Assembly: GCA_964016885.1 (NCBI GenBank) | Contig: OZ024754.1 | Location: 25,792,001-25,856,000 of the forward strand | Length of the DNA: 64,000 nucleotides | Direction of reading: 5' to 3' | Source: Eledone cirrhosa | Lineage: Eukaryota | Part shown: positions 35,601-49,141 of the stretch, in pieces | How positions within the stretch are numbered: the stretch's first letter is position 1 | Layout of the letters: every line of letters starts with the position of its first letter | Notes under the pieces: model-generated | The model's database searches: none | What the model saw: only the letters and a program-made list of their open reading frames with translations | Told to the model about the DNA's origin: nothing | Made by a program: the position numbers and the translations under genes

Positions 35601-38600
35601 TTTCTTCTCAGACAACCTGCTGCTGTCCACCTCTCCTGAGAGTTTCTTCTCATACAACCTTCTGCTGTCCACCTCTCCTGAGAGTTTCTTCTCAGACGAC
35701 CTTCTGCTGTCCAGCTCTTCTGAGAGTTTCTTCTCAGAGAACCTGCTGTTGTCCACCTCTCCTGAGAGTTTCTTCTCAGACAACCTGTGGCTGTCCACCT
35801 CTCCTGAGAGTTTCTTCTCAGACAACCTTATGCTGTCCAGCTCTCCTGACAGTTTCTTCTCAGACAGCCTTCTGCTGTCCACCTCTCCTGAAAGTTTCTT
35901 CACAGATAACCTTCTGCTGTCCACCTCTCCTGAGAGTTTCTTCTCAGACAACCTTCTCCTGTCCAGCTCTCCCTGAGAGTTTCTTCTCAGACAACCTTCT
36001 GCTGTCCAGCTCTCCTGAGAGTTTCTTCTCAGACAACCCGCTGCTGTCCACCTCTCCTGAGAGTTTCTTCTCAGACAACCTGCTGCTGTCCACCTCTCCT
36101 GAGAGGTTCTTCTCAGACAACCTGCTGTTGTCCACCTCTCCTGAAAATTTCTTCTCAGACAACCTGCTGCTGTCCACCTCTACTGAGAGTTTCTTCTCAG
36201 ACAACCTTCTGCTGTCCACCTCTCCTGCGAGGTTCTTCTCAGATAACCTTCTGCTGTCCAGCTCTCCTGACAATTTCTTCTCAGACAACCTGCCGCTGTC
36301 TACATCTCCTGAGACTTTCTTCTCAGACAACCTTCTGCTGTCCAGCTCCCCTGAGAGTTTCTTCTCAGACAACCTTCTGCTGTCCAGCTCTCATGAGAGT
36401 TTCTTCTCAGACAACCTGCTGCTGTGCACCTCTCCTGAGAGTTTCTTCTCAGACAACCTTCTGCTGTCGAGCTCTCCTGAGATTTTCTTCTTAGACGACC
36501 TTCTGCTGTCCAGCTCTCCTGAGAGCTTCTTCTCAGACAACCATCTGCTGTCCACCTCTCCTGAGAGTTTCTTCTCAGACAACCTTCTGCTGTCCACCTC
36601 TCCTGAGAGTTTCTTCTCAGACAACCTTCTGCTGTCCAGCTCTCCCTTAGATTTTCTTCTCAGAAAACCTTCTGCTGTCCAGTTCTCCTGAGAGTTTCTT
36701 CACAGACGACCTTCTGCTGTCCACCTCTCCCTGAGAGTTTCTTCTCAGACAACCTGTGGCTGTCCAACTCTCCTCAGAGTTTCTTCTCTGAGGACCTTCT
36801 GCTGTCCAGCTTTCCCTGAGAGTTTCTTCTCAAACGACCTTGTGCTGTCCAGCTCTCCCTGAGAGTTTCTTCTCAGACGACCTTCTGCTGTCCAGCTCTC
36901 CCTGAGAGTTTCTTCTCAGACGACATTCTGCTGTCCAGCTCTCCCTGAGAGTTTCTTCTCAGACAGCCTTCTGCTGTCCACCTCTCCTGAAAGTTTCTTC
37001 TCAGACAACCTGCTGCTCTCCAGCTCTCCTGAGAGTTTCTTCTCAGACAACCTTCTGCTGTCCAACTCTCCTGAGAGTTTCTTCCCAGACGACCTGCTGC
37101 TGTCCAGCTCTCCCTGAGAGTTTCTTCTCAGACGACCTTCTGCTGTCCAGCTCTCCCTGAGAGTTTCTTCTCAGACGACCTGCTTTCTGTCCAGCTCTCC
37201 CTGAGAATTTCTTCTCAGACAACCTGTTGCTGTCCAGCTCTCCTGAGAGTTTCTTCTCAGACGACCTTCTGCTTTCCACCTCTCCCTGAGAGTTTCTTCT
37301 CAGACAACCTTCTGCTGTCCACCTCTCCCTGAGAGTTTCTTCTCAGACAACCTGTGGCTGTCCAACTCTCCTCAGAGTTTCTTCTCTGAGGACCTTCTGC
37401 TGTCCAGCTCTCCTGAGAGTTTCTTCTCAGACGACCTTCTGCTGTTCAGCTCTCCCTGAGAATTACTTCCTAGACGACCTTCTGCTGTCCAGCTCTCCCT
37501 AAGAGTTTCTTCTCAGACAACCTGCTGCTGTCCACCTCTCCTGAGAGTTTCTTCTCAGACAACCTGCTGCTGTCCACCTCTCCTGTGAGTTTCTTCTCAG
37601 ACGACCTTCTTCTGTCCACCTCTCCTGAGAGTTTCTTCTCAGACAAGCTGTTGCTGTCCAGCTCTCCCTGAGAGTTTCTTCTCAGACGACCTTCTGCTGT
37701 CCACCTCTCCTGAGAGTTTCTTCTCAGACAACCTGCCGGTGTCTAACTCTCCTGAGACTTTCTTCTCAGACAACCTTCTGCTGTCCAGCTCTCCTGAGAG
37801 TTTCGTCTCAGACAACCTGTGGCTGTCCACCTCTCCTGAAAGTTTCTTCTCAGACAACCTGCTGCTCTCCAGCTCTCCTGAGAGTTTCTTCTCAGACAAG
37901 CTGATGCTGTCCACCTCTCCTGAGAGTTTCTTCTCAGACAACCTTCTGCTGTCCAACTCTCCTGAGAGTTTCTTCTCAGACGACCTTCAGCTGTCCAGCT
38001 CTCCTGAGAGTTTCTTCTCAGACAACATTCTGCTCTCCAGCTCTCCTGAGAGTTTCTTCTCAGACAATCTTCTGTTGTCCAGCTCTCCTGAGAGTTTCTT
38101 CTCAGACAACCTGCTGCTGTCCACTTCTCCTGAGAGATTCTTCACAGACAACCTTCTGCTGTCCAGCTCTCCCTGAGAGTTTCTTCTCAGACAACCTTCT
38201 GCTGTCCAGCTCTCCTGAGAGTTTCTTCTCAGTCGACCTTCTGCTGTCCAGCTCTCCCTGAGAGTTTCTTCTCAGACAACCTGTGGCTGTCCCACTCTCC
38301 TCAGAGTTTCTTCTCTGAGGACCTTCTGCTGTCCAGCTCTCCCTGAGAGTTTCTTCTCAGACAACCTTCTGCTGTCCAGCTCTCCATGAGAGTTTCTTCT
38401 CAGACAACCTGTGGCTCTCCAGCTCTCCTGAGAGTTTCTTCTCAGACAGCCTTCTACTGTCCACCTCTACTGAAAGTTTCCTCACTGATAACCTTCTGCT
38501 GTCAAAATCTCCTGAGAGTTTCTTCTCAGACAACCTTCTGCTCTCCAGCTCCCCTGAGAGTTTCTTCTCAGAGAACCTGCTGTTGTCCACCTCTCCTGAG

Positions 38601-41600
38601 AATTTCTTCTCAGACAACCTGCTGCTGTCCACCTCTCCTGAGAGTTTCTTCTCAGACAACCTTCTGCTGTCCACCTCTCCTGAGAGTTTCTTCTCAGACA
38701 ACCTGTGGCTGTCCACCTCTCCTGAGAGTTTCTTCTTAGACAACCTTCTGCTGTCCAGCTCTCCTGAGAGTTTCTTCTCAGACAGCCTTCTGGTGTCCAC
38801 CTCTCCTGAAAGTTTCTTCACAGATAACCTTCTGCTGTCCCCCTCTCCTGAGAGTTTTTTCTCAGACAACCTGTGGCTCTCCATCTCTCCTGAGAGTTTC
38901 TTCTCAGATAACCTTCTGCTGTCCAGCTCTCCCTGAGAGTTTCTTCTCAGACAACCTTCTGCTGTCCAACTCTCCTGAGAGTTTCTTCTCAGGCAACCTG
39001 CTGCTGTCCACCTCTCCTGAGAGTTTCTTCTCAGACAACCTTCTGCTGTCCACCTCTCCTGAGAGTTTCTTCTCAGACGACATTCTGCTGTCCAGCTCTC
39101 CCTGAGAGTTTCTTCTCAGACGACCTTCTGCTGTCCAGCTCTCCCTGAGAGTTTCTTCTCAGACAACCTGCTAATGTCCAGCTCTCCCTGAGAGTTTCTT
39201 CTCATACAACCTTCTGCTGTCCACCTCTCCTGAGAGTTTCTTCTCAGACGACCTTCTGCTGTCCAAATCTCCTGAGAGTTTCTTCTCAGACGACCTTCAG
39301 CTGTCCAGCTCTCCTGAGAGTTTCTTCTCAGACAACATTCTGCTCTCCAGCTCTCCTGAGAGTTTCTTCTCAGACAATCTTCTGTTGTCCAGCTCTCCTG
39401 AGAGTTTCTTCTCAGACAACCTGCTGCTGTCCACTTCTCCTGAGAGTTTCTTCACAGACAACCTTCTGCTGTCCAGCTCTCCCTGAGAGTTTCTTCTCAG
39501 ACAACGTTTTGCTGTCCAGCTCTCCTGAGAGTTTCTTCTCAGACGACCTTCTGCTGTCCAGCTCTCCCTGAGAGTTTCTTCTCAGACAACCTGTGGCTGT
39601 CCCACTCTCCTCAGAGTTTCTTCTCTGAGGACCTTCTGCTGTCCAGCTCTCCCTGAGAGTTTCTTCTCAGACGACCTGCTGCTGTCCAGCTCTCCCTGAG
39701 AGCTTCTTCTCAGACAACCTTCTGCTGTCCACCTCTCCATGAGAGTTTCTTCTCAGACAACCTGTGGCTCTCGAACTCTCCTCAGAGTTTCTTCTCAGAC
39801 AACCTTCTGCTCTCCAGCTCTCCTGAGAGTTTCTTCTCAGACAGCCTTCTGCTGTCCACCTCTACTGAAAGTTTCCTCACTGATAACCTTCTGCTGTCAA
39901 AATCTCCTGAGAGTTTCTTCTCAGACAACCTTCTGCTCTCCAGCTCTCCTGAGAGTTTCTTCTCAGACAACCTGCTGTTATCCAGCTCTCCAGAGAGTTT
40001 CTTTTCAGACAACCTGCTGCTGTCCACCTCTCCTGAGAGTTTCTTCTCAGACAACCTTCTGCTGTCCAGCTCTCCTGAGAGTTTCTTCTCAGAGAACCTG
40101 CTGTTGTCCACCTCTCATGAGAGTTTCTTCTCAGACAACCTGCTGCTGTCCACCTCTCCTGAGAGTTTCTTCTCAGACAACCTTCTGCTGTCCACCTCTC
40201 CTGAGAGTTTCTTCTCAGACAACCTGTGGCTGTCCACCTCTCCTCAGAGTTTCTTCTTAGACAACCTTCTGCTGTCCAGCTCTCCTGAGAGTTTCTTCTC
40301 AGACAGCCTTCTGGTGTCCACCTCTCCTGAAAGTTTCTTCACAGATAACCTTCTGCTGTCCCCCTCTCCTGAGAGTTTCTTCTCAGACAACCTGTGGCTC
40401 TCCACCTCTCCTGAGAGTTTCTTCTCAGATAACCTTCTGCTGTCCAGCTCTCCCTGAGAGTTTCTTCTCAGACAACCTTCTGCTGTCCAGCTCTCCTGAG
40501 AGTTTCTTCTCAGGCAACCTGCTGCTGTCCACCTCTCCTGAGAGTTTCTTCTCAGACAACCTTCTGCTGTCCACCTCTACTGAAAGTTTCCTCACTGATA
40601 ACCTTCTGCTGTCCACCTCTCCTGAGAGTTTCTTCTCAGACAACCTGCTGTTGTCCACCTCTCCTGAGAGTTTCTTCTCAGACAACCTGCTGCTGTCCAC
40701 CTCTCCTGAGAGTTTCCTCTCAGACAACATTCTGCTGTCCAGATCTCCTGAGAGTTTCTTCTCAGACAACCTGCTGCTGTCCACCTCTCCTGAGAGTTTC
40801 TTCTCATACAACCTTCTGCTGTCCAACTCTCCTGAGAGTTTCTTCTCAGACGACCTTCTGCTGTCCAGCTCTCCCTGAGAGTTTCTTCTCAGACGACCTG
40901 CTGCTGTCCAGCTCTCCCTGAGAGCTTCTTCTCAGACAACCTTCTGCTGTCCACCTCTCCATGAGAGTTTCTTCTCAGACAACCTGTGGCTCTCGAACTC
41001 TCCTCAGAGTTTCTTCTCAGACAACCTTCTGCTCTCCAGCTGTCCTGAGAGTTTCTTCTCAGACAGCCTTCTGCTGTCCACCTCTACTGAAAGTTTCCTC
41101 ACTGATAACCTTCTGCTGTCCACCTCTCCTGAGAGTTTCTTCTCAGACAACCTGCTGTTGTCCACCTCTCCTGAGAGTTTCTTCTCAGACAACCTGCTGC
41201 TGTCCACCTCTCCTGAGAGTTTCTTCTCAGACAACATTCTGCTGTCCAGATCTCCTGAGAGTTTCTTCTCAGACAACCTGCTGCTGTCCACCTCTCCTGA
41301 GAGTTTCTTCTCAGACGACCTTCTGCTGTCCAGCTCTCCCTGAGAGTTTCTTCTCAGACGACCTGCTGCTGTCCAGCTCTCCCTGAGAGTTTCTTCTCAG
41401 ACGACCTTATGCTGTCCACCTCTCCCTGAGAGTTTCTTCTCAGACAACCTGTGGCTGTCCACCTCTTTTGAGAGTTTCTTCTCAGACAACCTTCTGCTGT
41501 CCAGCTCTCCTGAGAGTTTCTTCTCAGAGAACCTGCTGTTGTCCACCTCTCCTGAGAGTTTCTTCTCAGACAACCTGTGGCTGTCCACCTCCCCTGAGAG

Positions 41601-44600
41601 TTTCTTCTCAGACAACCTTCTGCTGTCCAGCTCTCCTGACAGTTTCTTCTCAGACAGCCTTCTGCTGTCCACCTCTCCTGAAAGTTTCTTCACAGATAAC
41701 CTTCTGCTGTCCACCTCTCCTGAGAGTTTCTTCTCAGACAACCTTCTCCTGTCCAGCTCTCCCTGAGAGGTACTTCTCAGACAACCTTCTGCTGTCCAGC
41801 TCTCCTGAGAGTTTCTTCTCAGACAACCTGCTGCTGTCCACCTCTCCTGAGAGTTTCTTCTCAGACAACCTGCTGCTGTCCACCTCTCCTGAGATTTTCT
41901 TCTCAGACAACCTGCTGTTGTCCACCTCTCCTGAAAGTTTCTTCTCAGACAACCTGCAGCTGTCCACCTCTCCTGAGAGTTTCTTCTCAGACAACATTCT
42001 GCTGTCCAGATCTCCTGAGAGTTTCTTCTCAGACAACCTGCTGCTGTCCACCTCTCCTGAGAGTTTCTTCTCAGACAACCTGCTGCTGTCCACCTCTCCT
42101 GAGAGTTTCTTCTCAGACAACCTTCTGCTGTCCACCTCTCCTGCGAGGTTCTTCTCAGATAACCTTCTGCTGTCCAGCTCTCATGAGAGTTTCTTCTCAG
42201 ACAATCTGCTGCTGTGCACCTCTCCTGAGAGTTTCTTCTCAGACAACCTTCTGCTGTCGAGCTCTCCTGAGATTTTCTTCTTAGACGACCTTCTGCTGTC
42301 CAGCTCTCCTGAGAGTTTCTTCTCAGGCAACCTTCTGCTGTCCACCTCTCCTGAGAGTTTCTTCTCAGACAACCTTCTGCTGTCCACCTCTCCTGAGAGT
42401 TTCTTCTCAGACAACCTTCTGCTGTCCAGCTCTCCCTTAGATTTTCTTCTCAGAAAACCTTCTGCTGTCCAGTTCTCCCTGAGAGTTTCTTTTCAGACAA
42501 CCTGTGCCTGTCCAACTCTCCTCAGAGTTTCTTCTCTGAGGACCTTCTGCTGTCCAGCTTTCCCTGAGAGTTTCTTCTCAAACGACCTTGTGCTGTCCAG
42601 CTCTCCCTGAGAGTTTCTTCTCAGACGACCTTCTGCTGTCCAGCTCTCCCTGAGAGTTTCTTCTCAGACGACATTCTGCTGTCCAGCTCTCCCTGAGAGT
42701 TTCTTCTCAGACAGCCTTCTGCTGTCCACCTCTCCTGAAAGTTTCTTCTCAGACAACCTGCTGCTCTCCAGCTCTCCTGAGAGTTTCTTCTCAGACAACC
42801 TTCTGCTGTCTAACTCTCCTGAGAGTTTCTTCCCAGACGACCTGCTGCGGTCCAGCTCTCCCTGAGAGTTTCTTCTCAGACGACCTTCTGCTGTCCAGCT
42901 CTCCCTGAGAGTTTCTTCTCAGACGACCTGCTTTCTGTCCAGCTCTCCCTGAGAATTTCTTCTCAGACAACCTGTTGCTGTCCAGCTCTCCTGAGAGTTT
43001 CTTCTCAGAGGACCTTCTGTTGTCCACCTCTCCCTGAGAGTTTCTTCTCAGACAACCTGTGGCTGTCCAACTCTCCTCAGAGTTTCTTCTCAGAAGACCT
43101 TCTGCTTTCCACCTCTCCCTGAGAGTTTCTTCTCAGACAACCTTCTGCTGTCCAGCTCTCCTGAGAGTTTCTTCTCAGAGGACCTTCTGTTGTCCACCTC
43201 TCCCTGAGAGTTTCTTCTCAGACAACCTGTGGCTGTCCAACTCTCCTCAGAGTTTCTTCTCTGAGGACCTTCTGCTGTCCAGCTCTCCTGATAGTTTCTT
43301 CTCAGACGACCTTCTGCTGTTCAGCTCTCCCTGAGAATTACTTCTCAGACGACCTTCTGCTGTCCAGCTCTCCCTAAGAGTTTCTTCTCAGACAACCTGC
43401 TGCTGTCCACCTCTCCTGAGAGTTTCTTCTCAGACAACCTGCTGCTGTCCACCTCTCCTGTGAGTTTCTTCTCAGACGACCTTCTTCTGTCCACCTCTCC
43501 TGAGAGTTTCTTCTCAGACAAGCTGTTGCTGTCCAGCTCTCCCTGAGAGTTTCGTCTCAGTCGACCTTCTGCTGTCCACCTCTCCTGAGAGTTTCTTCTC
43601 AGACAACCTGCCGGTGTCTACCTCTCCTGAGACTTTCTTCTCAGACAACCTTCTGCTGTCCAGCTCTCCTGAGAGTTTCGTCTCAGACAACCTGTGGCTG
43701 TCCACCTCTCCTGAAAGTTTCTTCTCAGACAACCTGCTGCTCTCCAGCTCTCCTGAGAGTTTCTTCTCAGACAACCTTCTGCTGTCCAACTCTCCTGAGA
43801 GTTTCTTCTCAGACGACCTTCAGCTGTTCAGCTCTCCTGAGAGTTTCTTCACAGACAACCTTCTTCTGTCCAGCTCTCCCTGAGAGTTTCTTCTCAGACA
43901 ACCTTCTGCTGTCCAGCTCTCCTGAGAGTTTCTTCTCAGACGACCTTCTGCTGTCCAGCTCTCCCTGAGAGTTTCTTCTCGGACAACCTGTGGCTGTCCC
44001 ACTCTCCTCAGAGTTTCTTCTCTGAGGACCTTCTGCTGTCCAGCTCTCCCTGAGAGTTTCTTCTCAGACGACCTGCTGCTGTCCACCTCTCCATGAGAGT
44101 TTCTTCTCAGACAACCTGTGGCTCTCCAGCTCTCCTGAGAGTTTCTTCTCAGAAAGCCTTCTGCTGTCCACCTCTGCTGAAAGTTTCCTCACTGATAACC
44201 TTCTGCTGACAAAATCTCCTGACAGTTTCTTCTCAGACAACCTTCTGCTCTCCAGCTCTCCTGAGAGTTTCTTCTCAGAGAACCTGCTGTTGTCCACCTC
44301 TCATGCGAGTTTCTTCTCAGACAACCTGCTGCTGTCCACCTCTCCTGAGAGTTTCTTCTCAGACAACCTTCTGCTGTCCACCTCTCCTGAGAGTTTCTTC
44401 TCAGACAACCTTCTGCTGTCGAGCTCTCCTGAGATTTTCTTCTTAGACGACCTTCTGCTGTCCAGCTCTCCTGAGAGTTTCTTCTCAGACAACCTTCCGC
44501 TGTCCACCTCTCCTGAGAGTTTCTTCTCAGACAACCTTCTGCTGTCCACCTCTCCTGAGAGTTTCTTCTCAGACAACCTTCTGCTGTCCAGCTCTCCCTT

Positions 44601-47000
44601 AGATTTTCTTCTCAGAAAACCTTCTGCTGTCCAGTTCTCCTGAGAGTTTCTTCACAGACGACCTTCTGCTGTCCACCTCTCCCTGAGAGTTTCTTCTCAG
44701 ACAACCTGTGGCTGTCCAACTCTCCTCAGACTTTCTTCTCTGAGGACCTTCTGCTGTCCAGCTTTCCCTGAGAGTTTCTTCTCAAACGACCTTGTGCTGT
44801 CCAGCTCTCCCTGAGAGTTTCTTCTCAGACGACCTTCTGCTGTCCAGCTCTCCCTGAGAGTTTCTTCTCAGACGACATTCTGCTGTCCAGCTCTCCCTGA
44901 GAGTTTCTTCTCAGACAGCCTTCTGCTGTCCACCTCTCCTGAAAGTTTCTTCTCAGACAACCTGCTGCTCTCCAGCTCTCCTGAGAGTTTCTTCTCAGAC
45001 AACCTTCTGCTGTCCAACTCTCCTGAGAGTTTCTTCCCAGACGACCTGCTGCGGTCCAGCTCTCCCTAAGAGTTTCTTCTCAGACGACCTTCTGCTGTCC
45101 AGCTCTCCCTGAGAGTTTCTTCTCAGACGACCTGCTTTCTGTCCAGCTCTCCCTGAGAATTTCTTCTCAGACAACCTGTTGCTGTCCAGCTCTCCTGAGA
45201 GTTTCTTCTCAGACGACCTTCTGCTTTCCACCTCTCCCTGAGAGTTTCTTCTCAGACAACCTTCTGCTGTCCAGCTCTCCTGAGAGTTTCTTCTCAGAGG
45301 ACCTTCTGTTGTCCACCTCACCCTGAGAGTTTCTTCTCAGACAACCTGTGGCTGTCCAACTCTCCTCAGAGTTTCTTCTCTGAGGACCTTCTGCTGTCCA
45401 GCTCTCCTGAGAGTTTCTTCTCAGACGACCTTCTGCTGTTCAGCTCTCCCTGAGAATTACTTCTCAGACAACCTGCTGCTGTCCACCTCTCCTGAGAGTT
45501 TCTTCTCAGACAACCTGCTGCTGTCCACCTCTCCTGTGAGTTTCTTCTCAGACGACCTTCTTCTGTCCACCTCTCCTGAGAGTTTCTTCTCAGACAACCT
45601 GCTGGTGTCTACCTCTCCTGAGACTTTCTTCTCAGACAACCTTCTGCTGTCCAGCTTTCCTGAGAGTTTCGTCTCAGACAACCTGTGGCTGTCCACCTCT
45701 CCTGAAAGTTTCTTCTCAGACAACCTGCTGCTCTCCAGCTCTCCTGAGAGTTTCTTCTCAGACAACCTTCTGCTCTCCAACTCTCCTGAGAGTTTCTTCT
45801 CAGACGACCTTCAGCTGTTCAGCTCTCCTGAGAGTTTCTTCACAGACAACCTTCTGCTGTCCAGCTCTCCCTGAGAGTTTCTTCTCAGACAACCTTCTGC
45901 TGTCCAGCTCTCCTGAGAGTTTCTTCTCAGACGACCTTCTGCTGTCCAGCTCTCCCTGAGAGTTTCTTCTCAGACAACCTGTGGCTGTCCCACTCTCCTC
46001 AGAGTTTCTTCTCTGAGGACCTTCTGCTGTCCACCTCTCCATGAGAGTTTCTTCTCAGACAACCTGTGGCTCTCCAGCTCTCCTGAGAGTTTCTTCTCAG
46101 ACAGCCTTCTGCTGTCCACCTCTACTGAAAGTTTCCTCACTGATAACCTTCTGCTGTCAAAATCTCCTGACAGTTTCTTCTCAGACAACCTTCTGCTCTC
46201 CAGCTCTCCTGAGAGTTTCTTCTCAGAGAACCTGCTGTTGTCCACCTCTCATGAGAGTTTCTTCTCAGACAACCTGCTGCTGTCCACCTCTCCTGAGAGT
46301 TTCTTCTCAGACAACCTTCTGCTGTCCACCTCTCCTGAGAGTTTCTTCTCAGACAACCTGTGGCTGTCCACCTCTCCTGAGAGTTTCTTCTTAGACAACC
46401 TTCTGCTGTCCAGCTCTCCTGAGAGTTTCTTCTCAGACAGCCTTCTGGTGTCCACCTCTCCTGAAAGTTTCTTCACAGATAACCTTCTGCTGTCCCCCTC
46501 GCCTGAGAGTTTTTTCTCAGACAACCTGTGGCTCTCCACCTCTCCTGAGAGTTTCTTCTCAGATAACCTTCTGCTGTCCAGCTCTCCCTGAGAGTTTCTT
46601 CTCAGACAACCTTCTGCTGTCCAACTCTCCTGAGAGTTTCTTCTCAGGCAACCTGCTGCTGTCCACCTCTCCTGAGAGTTTCTTCTCAGACAACCTGCTG
46701 CTGTCCACCTCTCCTGAGAGTTTCTTCTCAGACAACCTGCTGTTGTCCACCTCTCCCGAGAGTTTCTTCTCAGACAACCTGCTGCTGTCCACCTCTCCTG
46801 AGAGTTTCTTCTCAGACAACATTCTGCTGTCCAGATCTCCTGAGAGTTTTTTCTCAGACAACCTGCTGCTATCCACCTCTCCTGAGAGTTTCTTCTCATA
46901 CAACCTTCTGCTCTCCACCTCTCCAGAGAGTTTCTTCTCAGACGACCTTCTGCTGTCCAGCTCTCCCTGAGAGTTTCTTCTCAGTCAACCTTCTGCTGTC
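29660..47000. repeat. Middle domain: diverged, rearranged ~3.3-3.8 kb HOR copies and fragments (mosaic)
   Basis: Marker 'tctcccttagattttcttctcagaaaacc' occurs at ~27641, 29549, 33387, 36641, 42431 and 44593. Marker 'ctctactgaaagtttcctcactgataacc' occurs near 31.5, 35.2, 38.5, 39.9, 40.6, 41.1, 44.2 (variant) and 46.1 kb. ORF offsets are 3718 (30581->34299, 31371->35089) and 3340 (34299->37639). Boundaries are approximate. Confidence 0.8.
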
Positions 47001-49141
47001 CAGCTCTCCTGAGAGTTTCTTCTCAGACAACCTGCTGCTGTCCACCTCTCCTGAGAGTTTCTTCGCAGACAACCTGCTGCTGTCCACCTCTCCTGAGAGT
47101 TTCTTCTCAGACAACCTGCTGCTCTCCACCTCTCCTGAGAGTTTCTTCTCAGACAACCTTCTGCTGTCCACCTCTCCTACGAGGTTCTTCTCAGATAACC
47201 TTCTGCTGTCCAGCTCTCCTGAGAGTTTCTTCTCAGACAACCTTCTGCTGTCCAGCTCTCCTGAGAGTTTCTTCTCAGACAACCTTTTGCTGTCCAGCTC
47301 TCCCTGAGAGTTTCTTCTCAGACAACCTTCTGCTGTCCAGCTGTCCTTAGGTGTTTCTTGTCAGACAACCTGCTGCTGTCCACCTCTCCTGAGAGTTTCT
47401 TCTCAGACAACCAACTGCTGTCCACCTCTTCTGAGAGTTTCTTCTCAGACAACCTGTTGCTGTCCAGCTCTCCCTGAGAGTTTCTTCTCAGACGACCATC
47501 TGCTGTCCACCTCTCCTGAGAGTTTCTTCTCAGACAACCTGCTGCTGTCCACCTCTCCTGAGAGTTTCTTCTCAGACGACCTTCTGCTGTCCAGCTCTTC
47601 AGAGAGTTTCTTCTCAGACAACCTGCTGCTGTCCACCTCTCCTGAGAGTTTCTTCTCAGACAACCTTCTGCTGTCCAGCTCTCCCTGAGAGTTTCTTCTT
47701 AGACGACCTTCTGCTGTCCAGCTCTCCCTGAGAGTTTCTTCTCAGACAACCTTCTGCTGTCCAGCTATCCTGAGAGTTTCTTCTCAGACGACTTTCTGCT
47801 GTCCACCTCTCCCTGAGAGTTTCTTCTCAGACAACCTGTGGCTGTCCAACTCTCCTCAGAGTTTCTTCTCTGAGGACCTTCTGCTGTCTAGCTCTCCCTG
47901 AGAGTTTCTTCTCAGACGACCTCCTGCTGTCCAGCTCTCCTGAGAGTTTCTTCTCAGACGACCTGCTGCTGTCCAGCTCTCCCTGAGAGTTTCTTCTCAG
48001 ACAACCTGTTGCTGTCCAGCTCTCCTGAGAGTTTCTTCTCAGAGAACCTGCTGCTGTCCACCTCTCCCTGAGAGTTTCTTCTCAGACAACCTTCTGCTGT
48101 CCAGCTCTCCTGAGAGTTTCTTCTCAGACAACCTGTGACTGTCCAACTCTCCTCAGAGTTTCTTCTCTTAGGACCTTCGGCTGTCCAGCTCTCCCTGAGA
48201 GTTTCTTCTCAGACGACCTGCTGCTGTACAGGTCTCCCTGAGAGTTTCTTCTCAGACAACCTTCTGCTGTCCAGCTCTCCATGAGAATTTCTTCTCAGAC
48301 GACCTTCTGCTGTCCAGCACTGCCTGAGAGTTTCTGCTGAGACAGACTTCTGCTGTCCAGCTCTCCTGAGAGTTTCTTCTCAGACAACCTGCTGCTGTCC
48401 ACCTCTCCTGAGAGTTTCTTCTCAGACAACCTGTTGCTGTCCACCTCTCCCTGAGAGTTTCTTCTCAGACAAACTGCTGCTGTCCACCTCTCCTGAGAGT
48501 TTCTTCTCAGACAACCTGCTGCTGTCCACCTCTCCTGAGAGTTTCTTCTCAGACAAACTTCTGCTGTCCAGCTCTCCCTGAGAGTTTCTTCTCAGACAAC
48601 CTTCTGCTGTCCACCTCTCCTAAGAGTTTCTTCTCAGACAACCTGTGGCTGTCCACCTCTCCTGAGACTTTCTTCTCAGACAACCTCCTGCTGTCCACCT
48701 CTCTTGAGAGTTTCTTCTCAGACAACCTTCTGCTGCCCACCACTCCTGAGAGTTTCTTCTAAGACAACCTGTTGCTGTCCAGCTCTCCCTGAGAGTTTCT
48801 TTTCAGACGACATTCTGCTGTCCACCTCTCCTGAGAGTTTCTTCTCAGACAACCTTCTGCTGTTCACCTCTCCTGAGAGTTTCTTCTCAGACAACCTGCT
48901 GCTGTCCACCTCTCCCTGAGAGTTTCTTCTCAGACAATCTGTGGCTGTCCAACTCTCCTCAGAGTCTCTTCTCTGAGGACCTTCTGCTGTCCAGCTCTCC
49001 CTGAGAGTTTCTTCTCAGACGACCTCATTCTGTCCAGCTCTCCTGAGAGTTTCTTCTCAGACGACCTTCTGCTGTCCAGCTCTCCCTGAGAGTTTCGTCT
49101 CAGACAGCCTGTGGCTGTCCGACTCTCCTCAGAGTTTCTTC

